In this document: one piece after another, positions 62,615 through 64,000 of the stretch
How positions within the stretch are numbered: position 1 is the stretch's first letter
How the letters are laid out: every line of letters begins with the position of its first letter
Assembly (NCBI GenBank): GCA_040222015.1
Contig: JAVJWO010000130.1
Span: forward strand, 64,001 to 128,000
Source: Coleofasciculus chthonoplastes F2-STO-03
GTDB lineage: Bacteria > Cyanobacteriota > Cyanobacteriia > Cyanobacteriales > Coleofasciculaceae
Direction: 5' to 3'
Length of the DNA: 64,000 nucleotides
Notes under the pieces: generated by a model
Database searches by the model: none
The model's input: the letters and a program-made list of their open reading frames with translations, nothing else
What the model was told of the DNA's origin: nothing
Program-made: the position numbers and the translations under genes

Positions 62615-63211
62615 TTATAGTTTAACAACAATGGGTTGACAATCTAATCCCTTGGCTGCTGTTGATTTTTCTTCACACTCAATTGGATGCGGCTGAAATA
62701 ACAGTTTCAAATTGGTTGTATCTTCGGGAACTTCAAACACAAGCTGTCCCTGTCGTTGATCGCCGGGACTAATTTCACCTGTCGGTGTCTCAATATCCTC
62801 CAATGCACTGGCTAAAAGCGCCACTTCATAAGTATTATTGTTGCCATCGATAACGTCAAAGGAAACCACGGAAAAGGTTTGCGGTTGTTGTCCTTGATTA
62901 ACAATTGTTGTATCGACTACCACCCACTGATTTCCTTTATTGGGTTGAATCACGCCTTTTCCGGGATGCATCCTGGTGCTGTTAACAGTAAATTGGAGAT
63001 TAAGATTGTTTTGGCTGATGGAAATGACCTCACCGAGAGAATGTGTTGGTGCTGAAATGGGCTTGGTTGCAGTAGATTCAGTCGTTTCCCCAGACGTGCG
63101 ATCGCGGCTTTCAATCGTCTCAGGGTTTTGTTCTGATGGAGAACATCCTAGGGCTAAAGTGAGGAGGATAATCGACGCGATCGCACCTATTTTTTTTAGT
63201 GTTTTATACAT
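62615..63211 (-). CDS. DUF4352-like lipoprotein
   Basis: Lipobox ALGC, VVVDTTIVNQG, GEISPG...GQLVFEVP. Confidence 0.75.
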   Translation of the reverse strand: MYKTLKKIGAIASIILLTLALGCSPSEQNPETIESRDRTSGETTESTATKPISAPTHSLGEVISISQNNLNLQFTVNSTRMHPGKGVIQPNKGNQWVVVDTTIVNQGQQPQTFSVVSFDVIDGNNNTYEVALLASALEDIETPTGEISPGDQRQGQLVFEVPEDTTNLKLLFQPHPIECEEKSTAAKGLDCQPIVVKL

Positions 63212-63444
63212 ACTTATTCATCCAAATTTTAGCCGGACGCCACTTTCAATCAGAATTCATCGAATGAACAGTTTTGATATCAATTCCGGTAGCCTCATCA
63301 TTGTATATTGGGGAAAGGGTAAAAGGGCAGAAGGCAGGAGGGAAAAGTTATATCCTATTGTAGGGGCGGGTTTAGCCGTTTAATTGATGGGTATACCGAT
63401 AACTTATCAACAAAACCCGCCCTCTTGTCGTTTAGATTTGATCC

Positions 63445-63490
63445 AAATGACAAATGACGAATGACAAATGACAAATGACGAATGACAAAT
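63445..63490. repeat. Heptamer tandem repeat (CAAATGA/CGAATGA)n, STRR type
   Basis: Directly visible. Confidence 0.9.
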
Positions 63491-63493
63491 ACC

Positions 63494-64000
63494 CTAACTT
63501 CCCAACATCTGCAACTGATACAAAGCCGCATACAAACCCTTCTGTTGCAACAGGTGTTCATGAGAACCCGATTCCACCAACTCACCCCGTTTAAGCACCA
63601 AAATTCGGTCTACATTGCGAATGGTTGAGAGACGGTGGGCGATAATAATCGCCGTGCGTTTTTCCAATAAATGATCAAGGGCTTGTTGAATCAACGCTTC
63701 GGTTCCCACATCTAAACTCGCCGTCGCTTCATCTAATACTAAAATTTGCGGATCACGAATTGCCGCCCGCGCAAATGCCAATAACTGCTTTTGACCCCCA
63801 GAAAGGTTCGTTCCCCTCTCCCGGAGTTGGGTATCATAGCCTTGAGGAAGTTCTTCGATAAATTGTGCCACATTTGTGGCTTCAGCCGCCGCTTTCACTT
63901 CTTCAATCGAGTAATCTTCGCCCAAGGTAATATTACTTTTAACATCCCCAGCAAACAAAAACCCCTCTTGCAAAATAACCGCCATCTGACGCCGTAATTC
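63494..64000 (-). CDS. ABC transporter ATP-binding domain, 3' part only
   Basis: LSGGQKQ, ILVLDEATASLD, IIAHRLST. Confidence 0.95.
   Translation of the reverse strand, partial: ELRRQMAVILQEGFLFAGDVKSNITLGEDYSIEEVKAAAEATNVAQFIEELPQGYDTQLRERGTNLSGGQKQLLAFARAAIRDPQILVLDEATASLDVGTEALIQQALDHLLEKRTAIIIAHRLSTIRNVDRILVLKRGELVESGSHEHLLQQKGLYAALYQLQMLGS

Overview
Chromosomal window from a cyanobacterium: HIP1 octamers (GCGATCGC) are frequent, with GTAG-type palindromes and heptamer repeats; a filamentous Oscillatoriales-like host is inferred, not shown. Left to right: (1) a KaiA-less kaiC-kaiB-kaiB-PAS operon; (2) a pseudogene split by a 1.49-kb tnpB element that has a small divergent ORF and no transposase; (3) two hybrid histidine kinases; (4) a nitrogen/glutamate locus: class I glutamine amidotransferase divergent from amt, a GluR0-like K+ channel, an orphan amino-acid-binding lipoprotein, gltS, a class III cyclase with all catalytic residues substituted and a cNMP-domain MscS; (5) purF and purL separated by an accessory block (RpiB-like, SLOG-like/tetrapyrrole-methylase fusion, cNMP-methyltransferase, CutA, EF-hand protein behind a MITE-built consensus promoter, and a hairpin-dense noncoding element); (6) tRNA-Ala(CGC) followed by a defence island: an MmeI/YeeA-like methyltransferase with an in-frame, repeat-flanked DUF559 nuclease cassette, YeeB-like helicase, GIY-YIG nuclease, Uma2 genes and toxin-antitoxin fragments; (7) split feoB-feoA, AAA_35 pseudogenes, a membrane 4Fe-4S protein, a TPR-CHAT protease, small nuclease/PIN pairs and a partial ABC transporter. 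Best candidates for undescribed biology are the DUF559/palindrome cassette, the glutamate-channel/pseudo-cyclase locus and the methyltransferase pair between purF and purL. All family calls come from motif recognition by eye; no searches were run.
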